DNA from: Anaeromyxobacter sp.
Lineage (GTDB): Bacteria; Myxococcota; Myxococcia; Myxococcales; Anaeromyxobacteraceae
Reading direction: 5' to 3'
Length of the DNA stretch: 64,000 nucleotides
Assembly (NCBI GenBank): GCA_049840735.1
Contig: JASGJN010000013.1
Location: forward strand, 320,001 to 384,000
Shown here one piece after another: positions 25,798 to 35,402 of the stretch. Below the pieces are notes generated by a model. It saw nothing but the letters and a program-made list of their open reading frames with translations. It was not told the origin of the DNA and did no database searches. The translations under genes and the position numbers were made by a program. Every line of letters starts with the position of its first letter. Positions within the stretch are counted from its first letter, which is position 1.

Positions 25798-27321
25798 TCA
25801 GAACCCCCACAGCGCCAGCACCGCGGCCGAGAAGGCCGGCTTCACGGTGAGCGCGTCGTCGAGCCGGAAGGCCTGCACCCCGGCGTTCACGTCCAGCCCC
25901 AGCCGCAGCGGCCCCACCGGCGCGGTGACCATCACCGCGCCGCCGGCGCCCAGCACGCTCGCGCCGAACCCCTTGCCGCTGACGTCGAGCTGCTGGGTGG
26001 CGTAGCCGTAGGAGATCTCCGGCCCGGCCTCGATCAGCACCCGCGCCGTGTTGACCGGCACCAGCGCCGCCAGGCCGCCGCCCACGTAGGACAGGCTGTA
26101 GGGGCCCAGCACCGGGTCGGTGGTGCTCTTGCCCATCCAGTCCAGCCTGAGCCGAAGGCCCACCGGCCCCAGCTCCTTGCGCAGCCCGATGCGCGCCACC
26201 GGCGCCGCGCCGAAGCCGGGCAGGCCGAAGGTGCCCGCCCCGCCGCCGGCGAAGATCAGGCCGGGGCGCGGCCCGCCCTTGGCGCGGGCCAGCTCGTAGC
26301 GGGTGGGGGCCAGCGCCGGGATGGGCAGGTCGGCGCCGCGCTCCAGCCGGACCTCGGCGGTGGCCCGCCCCTCCGGCGCGCGCCGCTCGACGCGCCAGAC
26401 GCCGGCCGGCAGCGCCAGCACCACCGGCCGCTCGCCGGCCGAGACCTCGATGAGCGCCTTCTGCGGCCCGCGCAGCACGTAGCTGACGCCCGGGTCGCGG
26501 GGCACGGTCAGGCGGGCCTCGGCCCGGCGCAGGTCGGAGAGGATCACGTCGCCGCGCCCGGACATGCGGAAGTCGTAGGTGGCGTGCTGCGCGCCGCCTT
26601 TCGTGGAGAGCGTGCCGGCCAGCGTCTGGGCGGCGGTGTAGCGGAAGGCCTCGCCCAGCGTCACCTGCCCGTCGCCGTCGGCGTCGGCGGCGCCGCGCAG
26701 CCCCGCCTCCAGGTGGTGGGTGAAGAACGAGCCGCCGATGGCGGCCGACTCCTGCGCCGGCTCGCCCACCGCCGTGGAGGCCACGAAGGCCGTGCCCCGC
26801 ACCTGGTCGTCGGCGGGGATGGCGAAGTCCAGCGCCGGCGCCGGGCTGGCCCCCTTCACCTGCGTGAGCAGGCCGGCCTCGCAGGCGTCCACCACGCCGA
26901 TGCGCGCCTCGGCCGAGGAGCCGTTCACCAGCCGGCGCAGCTCGTCGAAGGGCAGCCGCTCGTCGCCCAGCTCGATGCCGCCCGCGTCGGCGTGGCCGGA
27001 GAAGTAGACCACCAGCAGCGGGTGGGCCGACTGCCGCCGGGCCTCGGCCACGGCCGCCTCGGTGTCGGCCAGCGCCTGGCGCAGCTGGGCCAGCGTGGGC
27101 GCGCGCAGCACCTTGACGCGCGCGGGGGCGAAGTCACCCAGCTCCACCAGCGCCCGGCCGAACCGGTCGGCGTCGCTCTCGGCGAACCAGAGCCGGGCCC
27201 GCCCGGCGGCGCCCCCGTTCGCCCCCACCACCACCGCGAACCGCGCCGGCGGCGCGGCCGCCCGGGCCGGCCCGGCGGCCAGCGCGCAGAGGACCAGCAG
27301 CGCCGCCGCGCGCCCGGTCAC
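25798..27321 (-). CDS. Secreted caspase-like (peptidase C14) protein with predicted beta-rich C-terminus
   Basis: Signal peptide; RFAVVVGAN, VYFSGHA (His), VVDACEAG (Cys), GSFFTHHL..GLRGAADADGDGQVTL; ends in WGF. Confidence 0.88.
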   Translation of the reverse strand: MTGRAAALLVLCALAAGPARAAAPPARFAVVVGANGGAAGRARLWFAESDADRFGRALVELGDFAPARVKVLRAPTLAQLRQALADTEAAVAEARRQSAHPLLVVYFSGHADAGGIELGDERLPFDELRRLVNGSSAEARIGVVDACEAGLLTQVKGASPAPALDFAIPADDQVRGTAFVASTAVGEPAQESAAIGGSFFTHHLEAGLRGAADADGDGQVTLGEAFRYTAAQTLAGTLSTKGGAQHATYDFRMSGRGDVILSDLRRAEARLTVPRDPGVSYVLRGPQKALIEVSAGERPVVLALPAGVWRVERRAPEGRATAEVRLERGADLPIPALAPTRYELARAKGGPRPGLIFAGGGAGTFGLPGFGAAPVARIGLRKELGPVGLRLRLDWMGKSTTDPVLGPYSLSYVGGGLAALVPVNTARVLIEAGPEISYGYATQQLDVSGKGFGASVLGAGGAVMVTAPVGPLRLGLDVNAGVQAFRLDDALTVKPAFSAAVLALWGF

Positions 27322-28040
27322 GGCCGCTTCTCCACCAGCACCGTGGCCTGCCAGGCCCCGGACGGCAGCCCCTCCAGGCGCCGCGCCTCCCGGACCGCGC
27401 CGGCGCCGGCGCCGGCGCCGCGCGCCGCCTGCGCCACCTCCGGCCAGGGCAGCGGACCGGGCGTGCAGATCGCGAAGAGCCGCTCCGGGCCGGCCTTGCC
27501 GTCCAGCACCACGCCGCCCGGCAGCTCCTGCACCCCGTCCACCTCGCCCCCGCCCTCGCCCGACGCGGGGTAGAGGCGCGAGACCTGGCCGGCGGCGTCG
27601 ATGGAGAGCAGCCACAGCCGGCAGGGCCCCGCGGCCCTGACCCGGAAGCGCAACCCGGCCGCGGCCGGCACCCCCTCGCCGTCCACCACGGCGCGGGCGC
27701 CCTTCGCACCGTCCAGCCACACGCCCAGCGTGAGGTCCCCGCCCTTGAGCCCCACGTAGTCGTCCGGCGGCTGGCGCGGGACCACCAGCACCAGGGCCGC
27801 CGCGGCGGCGGCCGCGGCCAGCGGCGCGAGCAGCCACCAGCGCCGCTGCGGGCGGCGATCCGCGCCGGTGACCGCGTCCACCGTGGCCGGGAAGACCTCG
27901 CGCCGGAAGGTGTCGCCGTCCCGCTCCATCCCGGCCAGGCGCGCCGCGCAGCGCGCGCAGCCCGCCAGGTGGGCCTCGACGGCCGGGTCGGCCTGCAGCA
28001 GGTGGGCCTCGAGGGCCAGCTCGGACGGACAGCGGGTCAC
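27318..28040 (-). CDS. Zinc-finger anti-sigma factor with TM helix and extracytoplasmic domain (DUF4384-like)
   Basis: HLAGCARC (HxxxCxxC), one TM helix, start overlaps the sigma stop. Confidence 0.82.
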   Translation of the reverse strand: MTRCPSELALEAHLLQADPAVEAHLAGCARCAARLAGMERDGDTFRREVFPATVDAVTGADRRPQRRWWLLAPLAAAAAAAALVLVVPRQPPDDYVGLKGGDLTLGVWLDGAKGARAVVDGEGVPAAAGLRFRVRAAGPCRLWLLSIDAAGQVSRLYPASGEGGGEVDGVQELPGGVVLDGKAGPERLFAICTPGPLPWPEVAQAARGAGAGAGAVREARRLEGLPSGAWQATVLVEKRP

Positions 28041-28573
28041 GGCCGCTCCTCGGCGAGCATCTCCTTCGCCTGCTCCAGGAACCGGTTCAGGCGTCGCTGC
28101 ACCGTCTTGCGCGACACGCCCAGCGCCTGGGCCAGCTCCTCGTGCTCCATCCCGTCCACCAGCACCCCCAGCGCCACCGCCTGCGTCTCCACGTCGAACC
28201 GCTCCAGCACCTGCCGCGCCAGCCGCCGCTCCGGGAACGGCACCGCCGGCGCCGGCACCACCTCCAGCGCCTCCGGCCCGGCGGCCTGCCCTCGGCGGCG
28301 TGCGCTGCGGAGCAGGTTCAGGCAGTGGTGCGTCGTCACCCGGTAGATCCAGTGCAGGGCGCGGGTGGGGTCCTCCAGCTTGCCGAGATCGCGAAGGAGC
28401 TTCATGAACACCTCCTGGGTCGCGTCCTGCGCCGCCTCTCCGTCCCGGAGCAGGCGCAGGCAGCGACGGTAGACGGCCGGGCCGTACGTCCGGTACAGCG
28501 CCACCGCGCGATCGCCGCCCTTCGGCGACGACGCGTCCGCGTTGCGGCGCGGGCCGTCCTGGATCAGGTGCAC
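28037..28573 (-). CDS. ECF RNA polymerase sigma factor
   Basis: AQDATQEVF, WIYRVTTHHCLN (region 2), EELAQALGVSRKTVQRRL (region 4). Confidence 0.93.
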   Translation of the reverse strand: MHLIQDGPRRNADASSPKGGDRAVALYRTYGPAVYRRCLRLLRDGEAAQDATQEVFMKLLRDLGKLEDPTRALHWIYRVTTHHCLNLLRSARRRGQAAGPEALEVVPAPAVPFPERRLARQVLERFDVETQAVALGVLVDGMEHEELAQALGVSRKTVQRRLNRFLEQAKEMLAEERP

Positions 28574-28696
28574 CCTTGTCCACTAGGCACCCCGCTCGAG
28601 ACTTCAAGGGCACGCCGGGGTGCAATCGGCGCCCTTCTCACCTGGTGTCACGTCCCCCCCCCCCGCCGCCCGCCATGTACCTCCACCTGCCTCCCT

Positions 28697-28723
28697 CACA
28701 CCGGAGGCGACGGCGGCGGGACA
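28697..28723 (-). promoter_or_regulatory. Putative ECF promoter facing the sigma operon
   Basis: Minus strand reads TGTCCCGCC-N10-CCGGTGTG; same boxes as 28767-28793. Confidence 0.55.
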
Positions 28724-28766
28724 GGCGGCGTGCTGGCCCCCCGCACGGGAACGCCCCATCCCGGAC

Positions 28767-28793
28767 TGTCCCGCCTGGCGACCGCCCGGTGTG
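28767..28793 (+). promoter_or_regulatory. Putative ECF promoter facing the divergent lipoprotein
   Basis: TGTCCCGCC-N10-CCGGTGTG ending 53 nt before the ATG. Confidence 0.55.
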
Positions 28794-28846
28794 TCCCCCG
28801 GTGAGCAGTCAACGACAGCGGGGCGCGAGCCCGGGGAGCAACGACG

Positions 28847-29623
28847 ATGAACGGACGTCAGTGGGCGATGAGGCTGGCGGTTGCGGTGGCGGTGGTGACC
28901 CTGGCGGCGTGCGGCGGCAGCGGCGGGAGCGGCGGCGGCGCCAGCAAGCTCCGGGTCTCGGCGGGGACCGCCTCGGCCGTGGCCGCGCCCTCCGGCGGCA
29001 TCCAGGCCGGCGACGGGATCACCGTGGACCGGGTCCGGCTGATGGTGGAGCAGATCGAGCTCGAGAGCGAGGACTCGAGCGGCGAGGGCTCGGGCGGCGT
29101 GGAGGTCGGCCCGTTCCTGGTGGACCTGGCCGGCGACGCGCTGACCGGCGGCGTGCGGCAGACCTTCGACGCGCAGATCCCCCCCGGCACCTACGCCAAG
29201 CTGGAGCTCAAGATCGCCCCCGGATCCGCGCTGGACAACCACGCGGTGGTGGTGGACGGGACCATCGACGGCGAGCCGTTCACCTTCACCTCCGACCTCA
29301 CCGCCGAGCAGGAGCACGAGGTGGCGCTCACGGTGGCCGCGGACGGCAGCACGAACAACGTGGCGCTGGCCATCGACCCCACCGCCTGGTTCACGGTGGG
29401 TGACGTCCGGCTCGACCCGCGCGACCCGGCCATGCGCGCCTCCATCGAGTGCCAGCTGGCCGCGTCCATCGACGCCTTCGACGACGAGGACGAGGACGGC
29501 ATCGACGACCACGGCGGCCACGGCTCGGACGACGGCCCCGGCGACGACGGCGGCGGCTCGGGCGGCTCCGGCGGCGGCGGGTCCGGCAGCGGCGGCGGCG
29601 ACGACGGGGCCGGGCACACCTAG
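28847..29623 (+). CDS. Lipoprotein with beta-rich domain and Asp/Gly/His-rich tail
   Basis: GGAG RBS; lipobox LAAC; tail DDEDEDGIDDHGGHGSDD. Confidence 0.8.
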   Translation: MNGRQWAMRLAVAVAVVTLAACGGSGGSGGGASKLRVSAGTASAVAAPSGGIQAGDGITVDRVRLMVEQIELESEDSSGEGSGGVEVGPFLVDLAGDALTGGVRQTFDAQIPPGTYAKLELKIAPGSALDNHAVVVDGTIDGEPFTFTSDLTAEQEHEVALTVAADGSTNNVALAIDPTAWFTVGDVRLDPRDPAMRASIECQLAASIDAFDDEDEDGIDDHGGHGSDDGPGDDGGGSGGSGGGGSGSGGGDDGAGHT

Positions 29624-29628
29624 GGAAG

Positions 29629-29713
29629 CGAGGCCTCGGGCCTCAGGCTTCAGGCCTCGGGAGAGGCTTCGAAGCCTGGGGCCCGACCGCGAGGCCTCAG
29701 GCCTGATGCCTCA
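29629..29713. repeat. Degenerate heptamer repeat GGC(C/T)TC(A/G) cluster between convergent genes
   Basis: ggcctcg ggcctca ggcttca ggcctcg ... ggcctca ggcctga tgcctca. Confidence 0.7.
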
Positions 29714-30515
29714 CTTCTCCCCCTGGAACACGATGGGCAGCCCGTTCTTGGCGTTGCCCACGATGATGACCTTGGCGTTCTCGCTCGCGGCGATCCGCTC
29801 GGTGGCCTCGATGCCCTTGTAGGCCAGGTACTCCGGCGTGAGCCCCTGGCGGACGATGCCCTGGTACTTGGCGATGCCCTCCGCCTCGATCTGCTTGCGC
29901 TGCGCCTCCTGCCGCTCGCGGTCGAGCGTGAACTGCATCTTCTGGGCGCGCTGCTCCTCGGCCAGCTTGTCCGCGATGGCGGTGCGGATGGCGTCCGGGA
30001 GCGTCACGTCGCGCACCAGCACCGCCTCCACGACGATGGGCCGGTCGGCCAGCGCGCGCTTCACCTCGTCGTAGATTCTGCTGCTCGATCTGCTCGCGCT
30101 TGCTCGAGTAGATCTCCTCCGGCTGGTAGCGGCCGAACACCTTGCGCGCCTCGGAGCGGACGATGGGCGCGACCAGCTTCTGGTCGTAGTCGGGCCCGAT
30201 CTGCGTCTGCAGCTCGAAGAGCCGGCTGGCGTCGGGCCGGTAGCGCACGCTCGTGTCCACGGCCAGCGCCAGGCCGTTGGAGGAGAGGACGTTGAGCTGC
30301 TCCTTCATCTCGTGGATGCGCGTGTCGTAGAGGATCACGTCGTTCCAGACCGGCATGACCCGCATCCCCTCGCCCAGCACCTCCTTGGACGTGCCCTCCC
30401 CCAGCGACTTGAAGACGATGCCGCGGTGGCCGGAGGGCACGGTGGGGCAGCGGCAGCCGGGCAGGAACGGGGTGATGGCCAGGGCGGCGAGGAGCAGCGG
30501 GCGGGTCAGGCGCAT
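29711..30515 (-). CDS. SPFH/band 7 (prohibitin-like) protein (frameshift ~30076)
   Basis: VPSGHRGIVF, VDTSVRYRP, VRDVTLP, AERKQIEAEGIA-like coiled coil. Confidence 0.9.
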
Positions 30516-30607
30516 GGAGCGACCTCCGGGGAGTGGAGGCCAGCCTTAGCGCGACCAGCCCGGCTGGTCCACGGGCGCGCACGGCGGCGCCCCCGGAAGG
30601 ATCCGCC

Positions 30608-31549
30608 TCAGCGCTCCCAGGGCAGGAAGAAGTGGACCAGGGCGTCGGGCGCCACCGCCTGGCGCTCGCGGATCACCAGCGGCGCCCCCACCGTCTCCCG
30701 GGCGCTCCCCCGCCAGCAGAGCGACGCCGCCGCGCCGTGCGGCGGCTCCACCACCAGCTCCAGCTCGCCCGCGGGCCGGGCCGGCGCGCCGCCCGCCTGC
30801 GCGAGCGCCACCGTCACCACCACCTGCTCGCTCCCCAGCGCCCGCACCCGCGGGCCGGCGCAGGCCCGGGCCAGCACCTCCGGGCTCGCGCCGGAGTCGA
30901 GGCCGGCCGCCGGCGCGTAGCGGATCCGCACCTCCACCGCCGCCCGGGCCGGGAACCGCTGCAGCCAGGCGTGGCGCGCGCGGACCGTCCAGGCCGGCAC
31001 CACCGCGCCGCCGTCCGCCGCCAGGATCCCGCGCGAGAGGAGCGCGCGGCGCTCCGGCTCGGGCAGCCGCGAGAGCGGCGCCCGCCCCTCCGCCGGACGC
31101 TGCCGGCCGTCGCCCTGCACCTCCACCCCCTCGGTCACCCCGCCCAGCTGCGCCACGTCCAGGCCGGCCGCCTGCACCGCTCGCGTGACGTCCACCTCGG
31201 GCTGCCCCTCACGCACCAGCAGCGCGCGCGCCGTGCTCGCCGCGGGCACGCGGCGCCCCGCCACCCAGGCCTCGAACCGCTCCGGCGCGCGATAGCCCCC
31301 GGTCGAGCGCTGGTAGCGGTAGTCGGGGACCACGAAGGCCAGCTCCGCCACCAGGTCGGCGCCGCCCTCGTTGAGCAGCCGGTAGTCCAGCTCGACCCGG
31401 TCGCTCCGGACCCTGAGCTGCTGCCGCACCACCGCGAGCCCGGCCGGGAGGACCAGCCCGCCGGCGGGCACGGCCGGCAGCTCTCCCTGCGCGGCCGCGG
31501 CGGGGGCCACGAGCAGGAGCAGCAGCGGCAGGTGGCGCCCGCGGCGCAT
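30608..31549 (-). CDS. Exported protein, DUF4424-like
   Basis: Signal peptide; AGGLV..QQLRV..V..DYRLLN, WLQRFPA pattern. Confidence 0.55.
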   Translation of the reverse strand: MRRGRHLPLLLLLVAPAAAAQGELPAVPAGGLVLPAGLAVVRQQLRVRSDRVELDYRLLNEGGADLVAELAFVVPDYRYQRSTGGYRAPERFEAWVAGRRVPAASTARALLVREGQPEVDVTRAVQAAGLDVAQLGGVTEGVEVQGDGRQRPAEGRAPLSRLPEPERRALLSRGILAADGGAVVPAWTVRARHAWLQRFPARAAVEVRIRYAPAAGLDSGASPEVLARACAGPRVRALGSEQVVVTVALAQAGGAPARPAGELELVVEPPHGAAASLCWRGSARETVGAPLVIRERQAVAPDALVHFFLPWER

Positions 31550-31621
31550 GGACAACAGGTCCGGCCCGCGGACGGCGAAGGCAAGGTGCCGCCCGGGGCG
31601 GCGCGGCCGGGGGAGCCGGCG

Positions 31622-32632
31622 CTACTTGCGGTCCACCACCGCGAAGGGCCGCTCCCCCTTGAAGACGCGGAAGAGCAGGTACAGCGCCGGGAAGAGCAGC
31701 AGGGCGCCGCCGCCCAGCGCCCAGAGCAGCGGCACCAGGGTCGCGCGCGGCGCGGCCGCCGAGGCCAGCGTCAGGTGCGGCACCAGGAGGTACGGGTACT
31801 GCGAGGCGCCCCAGCCCACCACGATGAGCGTCACCTGCGCCGCTGCGGCGGCGCGGGCCAGGCGGACGGCGCCGCGGCGCAGCGCCGCGAAGGCGGTCAC
31901 CGCGGCGGCGCCGGTGGCCAGGTGGAGCGGCAGCGTGAAGGGGCGGCCGGTCAGGCCGTGGAACACCAGCGGCGCCTCGCGCCAGGAGAGCGCGCCGGCC
32001 GCCAGCGCGGTCAGGAACACCGCCACGCCGGCGCCGATGGCGCGGCGGCGGAAGTCGTCGCGCAGCGCCCCCTCGGCCTCGACGGCCAGGTAGGTGGCGG
32101 CCAGGTAGGCGAAGAGGGCGGCCGCGAAGAGCCCGACCGCCAGCGGGAACGGGGACACCCAGGCGAAGGGGGCGAGCCCGCCGTCCGGGCCCGGCCCGGC
32201 GCGGCCCGAGGCGGTGGCCCCCACCACCACGCCCAGCACCACCGGCGCCACCACCGACGAGGCCGAGAAGACCAGGCCCCAGCGCGCCTGCACGTGGTCC
32301 TCCGGGTGATCGTAGGCGCGGAAGGTGAAGGCGGCGCCGCGCAGCACGATCCCCACCAGCAGCAGCATGAGCGGCACGAACAGCCCGATGGAGAGGGCCG
32401 CGAAGGCCGACGGGAAGCCGGTGAAGAGGACCACCACCACCAGGATCAGCCAGACGTGGTTGGTCTCCCAGATCGGCCCGATGGCCTCCTCGATGAGCGC
32501 CCGCTGCTCCTTGCGGCGCGGGCCGCTGGCCAGGAGGTCCCAGATGCCGCCGCCGTAGTCGGCCCCGCCCATGAGCGCGTAGAGCACCAGCGCGCCGAGG
32601 ATGACCGCGCCCGCCAGGTCGTGGAGGCTCAC
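31622..32632 (-). CDS. cydB: Cytochrome bd ubiquinol oxidase subunit II
   Basis: GGADYGGG, IGPIWETNHVWLI, LRGAAF. Confidence 0.94.
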   Translation of the reverse strand: MSLHDLAGAVILGALVLYALMGGADYGGGIWDLLASGPRRKEQRALIEEAIGPIWETNHVWLILVVVVLFTGFPSAFAALSIGLFVPLMLLLVGIVLRGAAFTFRAYDHPEDHVQARWGLVFSASSVVAPVVLGVVVGATASGRAGPGPDGGLAPFAWVSPFPLAVGLFAAALFAYLAATYLAVEAEGALRDDFRRRAIGAGVAVFLTALAAGALSWREAPLVFHGLTGRPFTLPLHLATGAAAVTAFAALRRGAVRLARAAAAAQVTLIVVGWGASQYPYLLVPHLTLASAAAPRATLVPLLWALGGGALLLFPALYLLFRVFKGERPFAVVDRK

Positions 32633-33963
32633 CGGTGCACCCCCGCCGCGCCGTGCCCCGGCGCGTCCTCCGCCGCGGCCGGCGGCCGCGCGATCTGCCG
32701 CCAGAGCAGCGTCACCACCATCACCGCCAGGAACACGTAGAGCAGCGTGAAGGCCACGAACGGCGCCGCCAGGTGGGTGACCGGCGTGACCGCGTCGGCG
32801 GTCCGCATCACCCCCCAGATCGTGAAGGGCTGGCGCCCCCACTCCGTCACCAGCCAGCCTGCCTCCAGCGCCAGGAAGCCGGCCGGTCCGGTCAGGACCA
32901 GGGCCCGGAGCAGCCGCGGCCCGGGCTCGCGCTTGCGCCAGACCGTGAAGCCCCAGGCCAGCGCCACCAGCGCCAGGAGCGACCCCAGCCCGACCATGAC
33001 CTGGAAGGCGAGGTGGACCAGCCTGGTGTTGGGCCAGACGTCGCGCGGGAAGGCGTCCAGCCCGCGCACCTCGGCGTGCGGGTCGTGGAAGGCCAGCAGC
33101 GACAGGCCGTACGGGATCTCCAGCGCCCAGCGCGTCTCGCCGGCCTCCGGGTCGGGCAGCCCGCCGATGCGCAGCGGCGCGCCGCGCTCGGTGCGGAAGT
33201 GCCCCTCCAGCGCGGCCAGCTTCACCGGCTGGGTCACGGCGATCTCCCGGGCCGAGAAGTCGCCGGAGATCGGCTGCAGCAGCGCCGCCACCGCGCCCAC
33301 GCCCATGGCGATGCGCAGGGCGGCCCGGTGGAAGGCGCTGGCCGGGTCGCGCAGCAGGAACCAGGCGTGGATGCCCGCCACCGCCACGCCGGTGGCCACG
33401 TAGCAGGAGAGGAGCACGTGCACCACCTCGTGCGCCCAGCCGGGAGGGAACATGGCGGTGAGCGGCTGGATGTCGGCCGGGCCGCCGGGGGCCAGCGCGA
33501 AGCCGGCCGGCGCGTTCATCCAGGCGTTGGCCAGCGTGACGAAGAAGGCCGAGAGGGCGCCGCTGACCGCCACCAGCACCCCGGCCAGCAGGTGCAGGCG
33601 GGGCGAGACCCGCCCCCAGCCGTACAGGTAGATGCCGAGGAAGATGGCCTCGGCGAAGAAGGCGAACCCCTCCAGCGAGAAGGGCATGCCGATGATGGGA
33701 CCGGCGAACGCCATGAAGCGCGGCCAGAGCAGCCCCAGCTCGAAGGAGATGACGGTGCCGGAGACGGCCCCCACCGCGAACAGGATGGCGGTGCCCTTGG
33801 CCCAGCGCCGGGCCAGGTCCAGGTGGACCGGGTCGCCGGTGCGCTGGTGGCGCCACTCGGCCAGGACCATGAAGAGCGGCATGGCCACGCCGACGGCGGC
33901 GAAGACGATGTGGAACGCGAGGGAGAGGCCGAAGAGGGCGCGAGCGGCGAGCAGGTCGGACAC
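32629..33963 (-). CDS. cydA: Cytochrome bd ubiquinol oxidase subunit I (short Q-loop)
   Basis: AFHIVF, GAVSGT..FELG, ANAWMNAP, QPVKLAALEG, GWLVTEWGRQP. Confidence 0.95.
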   Translation of the reverse strand: MSDLLAARALFGLSLAFHIVFAAVGVAMPLFMVLAEWRHQRTGDPVHLDLARRWAKGTAILFAVGAVSGTVISFELGLLWPRFMAFAGPIIGMPFSLEGFAFFAEAIFLGIYLYGWGRVSPRLHLLAGVLVAVSGALSAFFVTLANAWMNAPAGFALAPGGPADIQPLTAMFPPGWAHEVVHVLLSCYVATGVAVAGIHAWFLLRDPASAFHRAALRIAMGVGAVAALLQPISGDFSAREIAVTQPVKLAALEGHFRTERGAPLRIGGLPDPEAGETRWALEIPYGLSLLAFHDPHAEVRGLDAFPRDVWPNTRLVHLAFQVMVGLGSLLALVALAWGFTVWRKREPGPRLLRALVLTGPAGFLALEAGWLVTEWGRQPFTIWGVMRTADAVTPVTHLAAPFVAFTLLYVFLAVMVVTLLWRQIARPPAAAEDAPGHGAAGVHR

Positions 33964-34168
33964 GCCGTCCCATGCCACGGACCGGGCCGGCGCGCGCGCC
34001 CTTGTCGGGCCCCGCGGCGACGTGACCCCTGCGCGCCCCAGGCGCCCCACCGCCCGCCCGGCGCACGGGGGCAGGCGGGCTCGCCCCTGGCCCTGGGATC
34101 CGGCCCCGCACCGGCGGCGGCCCGTTCGCAGATTCAGGGCTCACTCCGGACAAGGTGGGGAGGAAGAG

Positions 34169-34468
34169 ATGAATCGCGAGGATCGTGCGACCGAGACGGT
34201 GGAGCGCCAGACCAGCCGGATCCCGTCGCTGGCGTTCATGGGCTTCGCGGTGGCGGCCATGGCGGCGTCGGCCGCGCTGGTGCTCACCGGGCGCAAGCAG
34301 CTGGGCAACTTCGTCGGCCAGTGGGCCCCCAGCATCCTGATCATGGGGCTGTACAACAAGGTGGCGAAGGAGATCGCGGTGCCGCGCCGCGAGGGGCTGG
34401 GCTACACGCCGGGCATGGGCGCGAGCGGCGGGTACGCCGCCGGCGCAGGCGCCTCGGCGGGCGTGTAG
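34169..34468 (+). CDS. Small hypothetical membrane protein
   Basis: GGAGGA RBS; GNFVGQWAPSILIMGLYNK segment. Confidence 0.7.
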   Translation: MNREDRATETVERQTSRIPSLAFMGFAVAAMAASAALVLTGRKQLGNFVGQWAPSILIMGLYNKVAKEIAVPRREGLGYTPGMGASGGYAAGAGASAGV

Positions 34469-34490
34469 CGGGTCGGGCCGGGCGTCCGCT

Positions 34491-34562
34491 CCGTTCGCCC
34501 TGGGCCTCCTGGGCGTAGCGGGCCCGCAGGGCTCGCGGAGTCGAAGGACGAAGGGCGAACGG
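34491..34562. repeat. REP-like palindromic element
   Basis: Perfect 11-bp inverted repeat CCGTTCGCCCT/AGGGCGAACGG around an inner hairpin; between convergent genes. Confidence 0.7.
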
Positions 34563-34576
34563 GGTCCCGCCCGGCC

Positions 34577-35362
34577 TCACCGGCCGGTGGCCCGGCGCAC
34601 CGCCGCGCGGGCTGCCGCGGGGTCATTCGCGATCACCGCCCCCGCCTTCAAGGCGCAGAGCCGCTCCAGCTCCGGGCCGTCGTCCACGGTCCAGACGTTC
34701 ATGGCCAGCCCGCGGGCGCGCCAGGCCTGGGCCCGCGCCGGCGTGACCAGGCGGCGGTCCGGGTGGACGGCGGCCGGCCGGAGCCAGCGCAGCCCCAGCG
34801 CCACGCGCAGCCGCCAAGAGCGGCTGTCGTCGAAGAGCAGCCCCAGCGGCAGCTCCGGCGCGGCCGCCCGGAAGGCCGCCAGGAGCCGGAAGTCGAAGGA
34901 GGAGACGATCACCCGCTCCCCGGCCCGCGCGTCGCGGATCACCGCCGCGGCCGCCGATGCCAGGCCGGGGTCGCGCCCGCGCGACTTGAGCTCCACGTTC
35001 ACCACCGCGCCCGGGAGCGCCTCCAGCACCTCGGCCAGCAGCGGGATCCGCTCGCCGCGCCAGGCGGCGCCCTTCCAGGCGCCCACGTCCAGCGTGCGCA
35101 GCGCCGCGAGCGGCGAGCCCGGCACCGACATCGGCGCGCCGGCGGTGCGCCGCGCGTCCTCGTCGTGGATCACCACCACCTCGCCGGTGGCGCAGCGCCA
35201 GACGTCCAGCTCGACCCCGTCCGCCCCCTGCGCCAGCGCCAGCCGGAACGCGGCCAGCGTGTTCTCCGGCGCCTCGCCGCTGGCCCCGCGGTGCCCCAGC
35301 ACCAGCGGCCGGCCGGCCGCGGCCGGCGCCGGGAGGGTCTCGTCGCTGCTGGAGCGGGCCAT
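34577..35362 (-). CDS. Glycerophosphodiester phosphodiesterase
   Basis: GHRGASGEAPENTLAAF, GVELDV, IHD, NVELK, WTVD. Confidence 0.93.
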   Translation of the reverse strand: MARSSSDETLPAPAAAGRPLVLGHRGASGEAPENTLAAFRLALAQGADGVELDVWRCATGEVVVIHDEDARRTAGAPMSVPGSPLAALRTLDVGAWKGAAWRGERIPLLAEVLEALPGAVVNVELKSRGRDPGLASAAAAVIRDARAGERVIVSSFDFRLLAAFRAAAPELPLGLLFDDSRSWRLRVALGLRWLRPAAVHPDRRLVTPARAQAWRARGLAMNVWTVDDGPELERLCALKAGAVIANDPAAARAAVRRATGR

Positions 35363-35402
35363 GGCGGCGGGCCTCACGGGCTTGTGCCTCCGGCTCCGGG
35401 CC

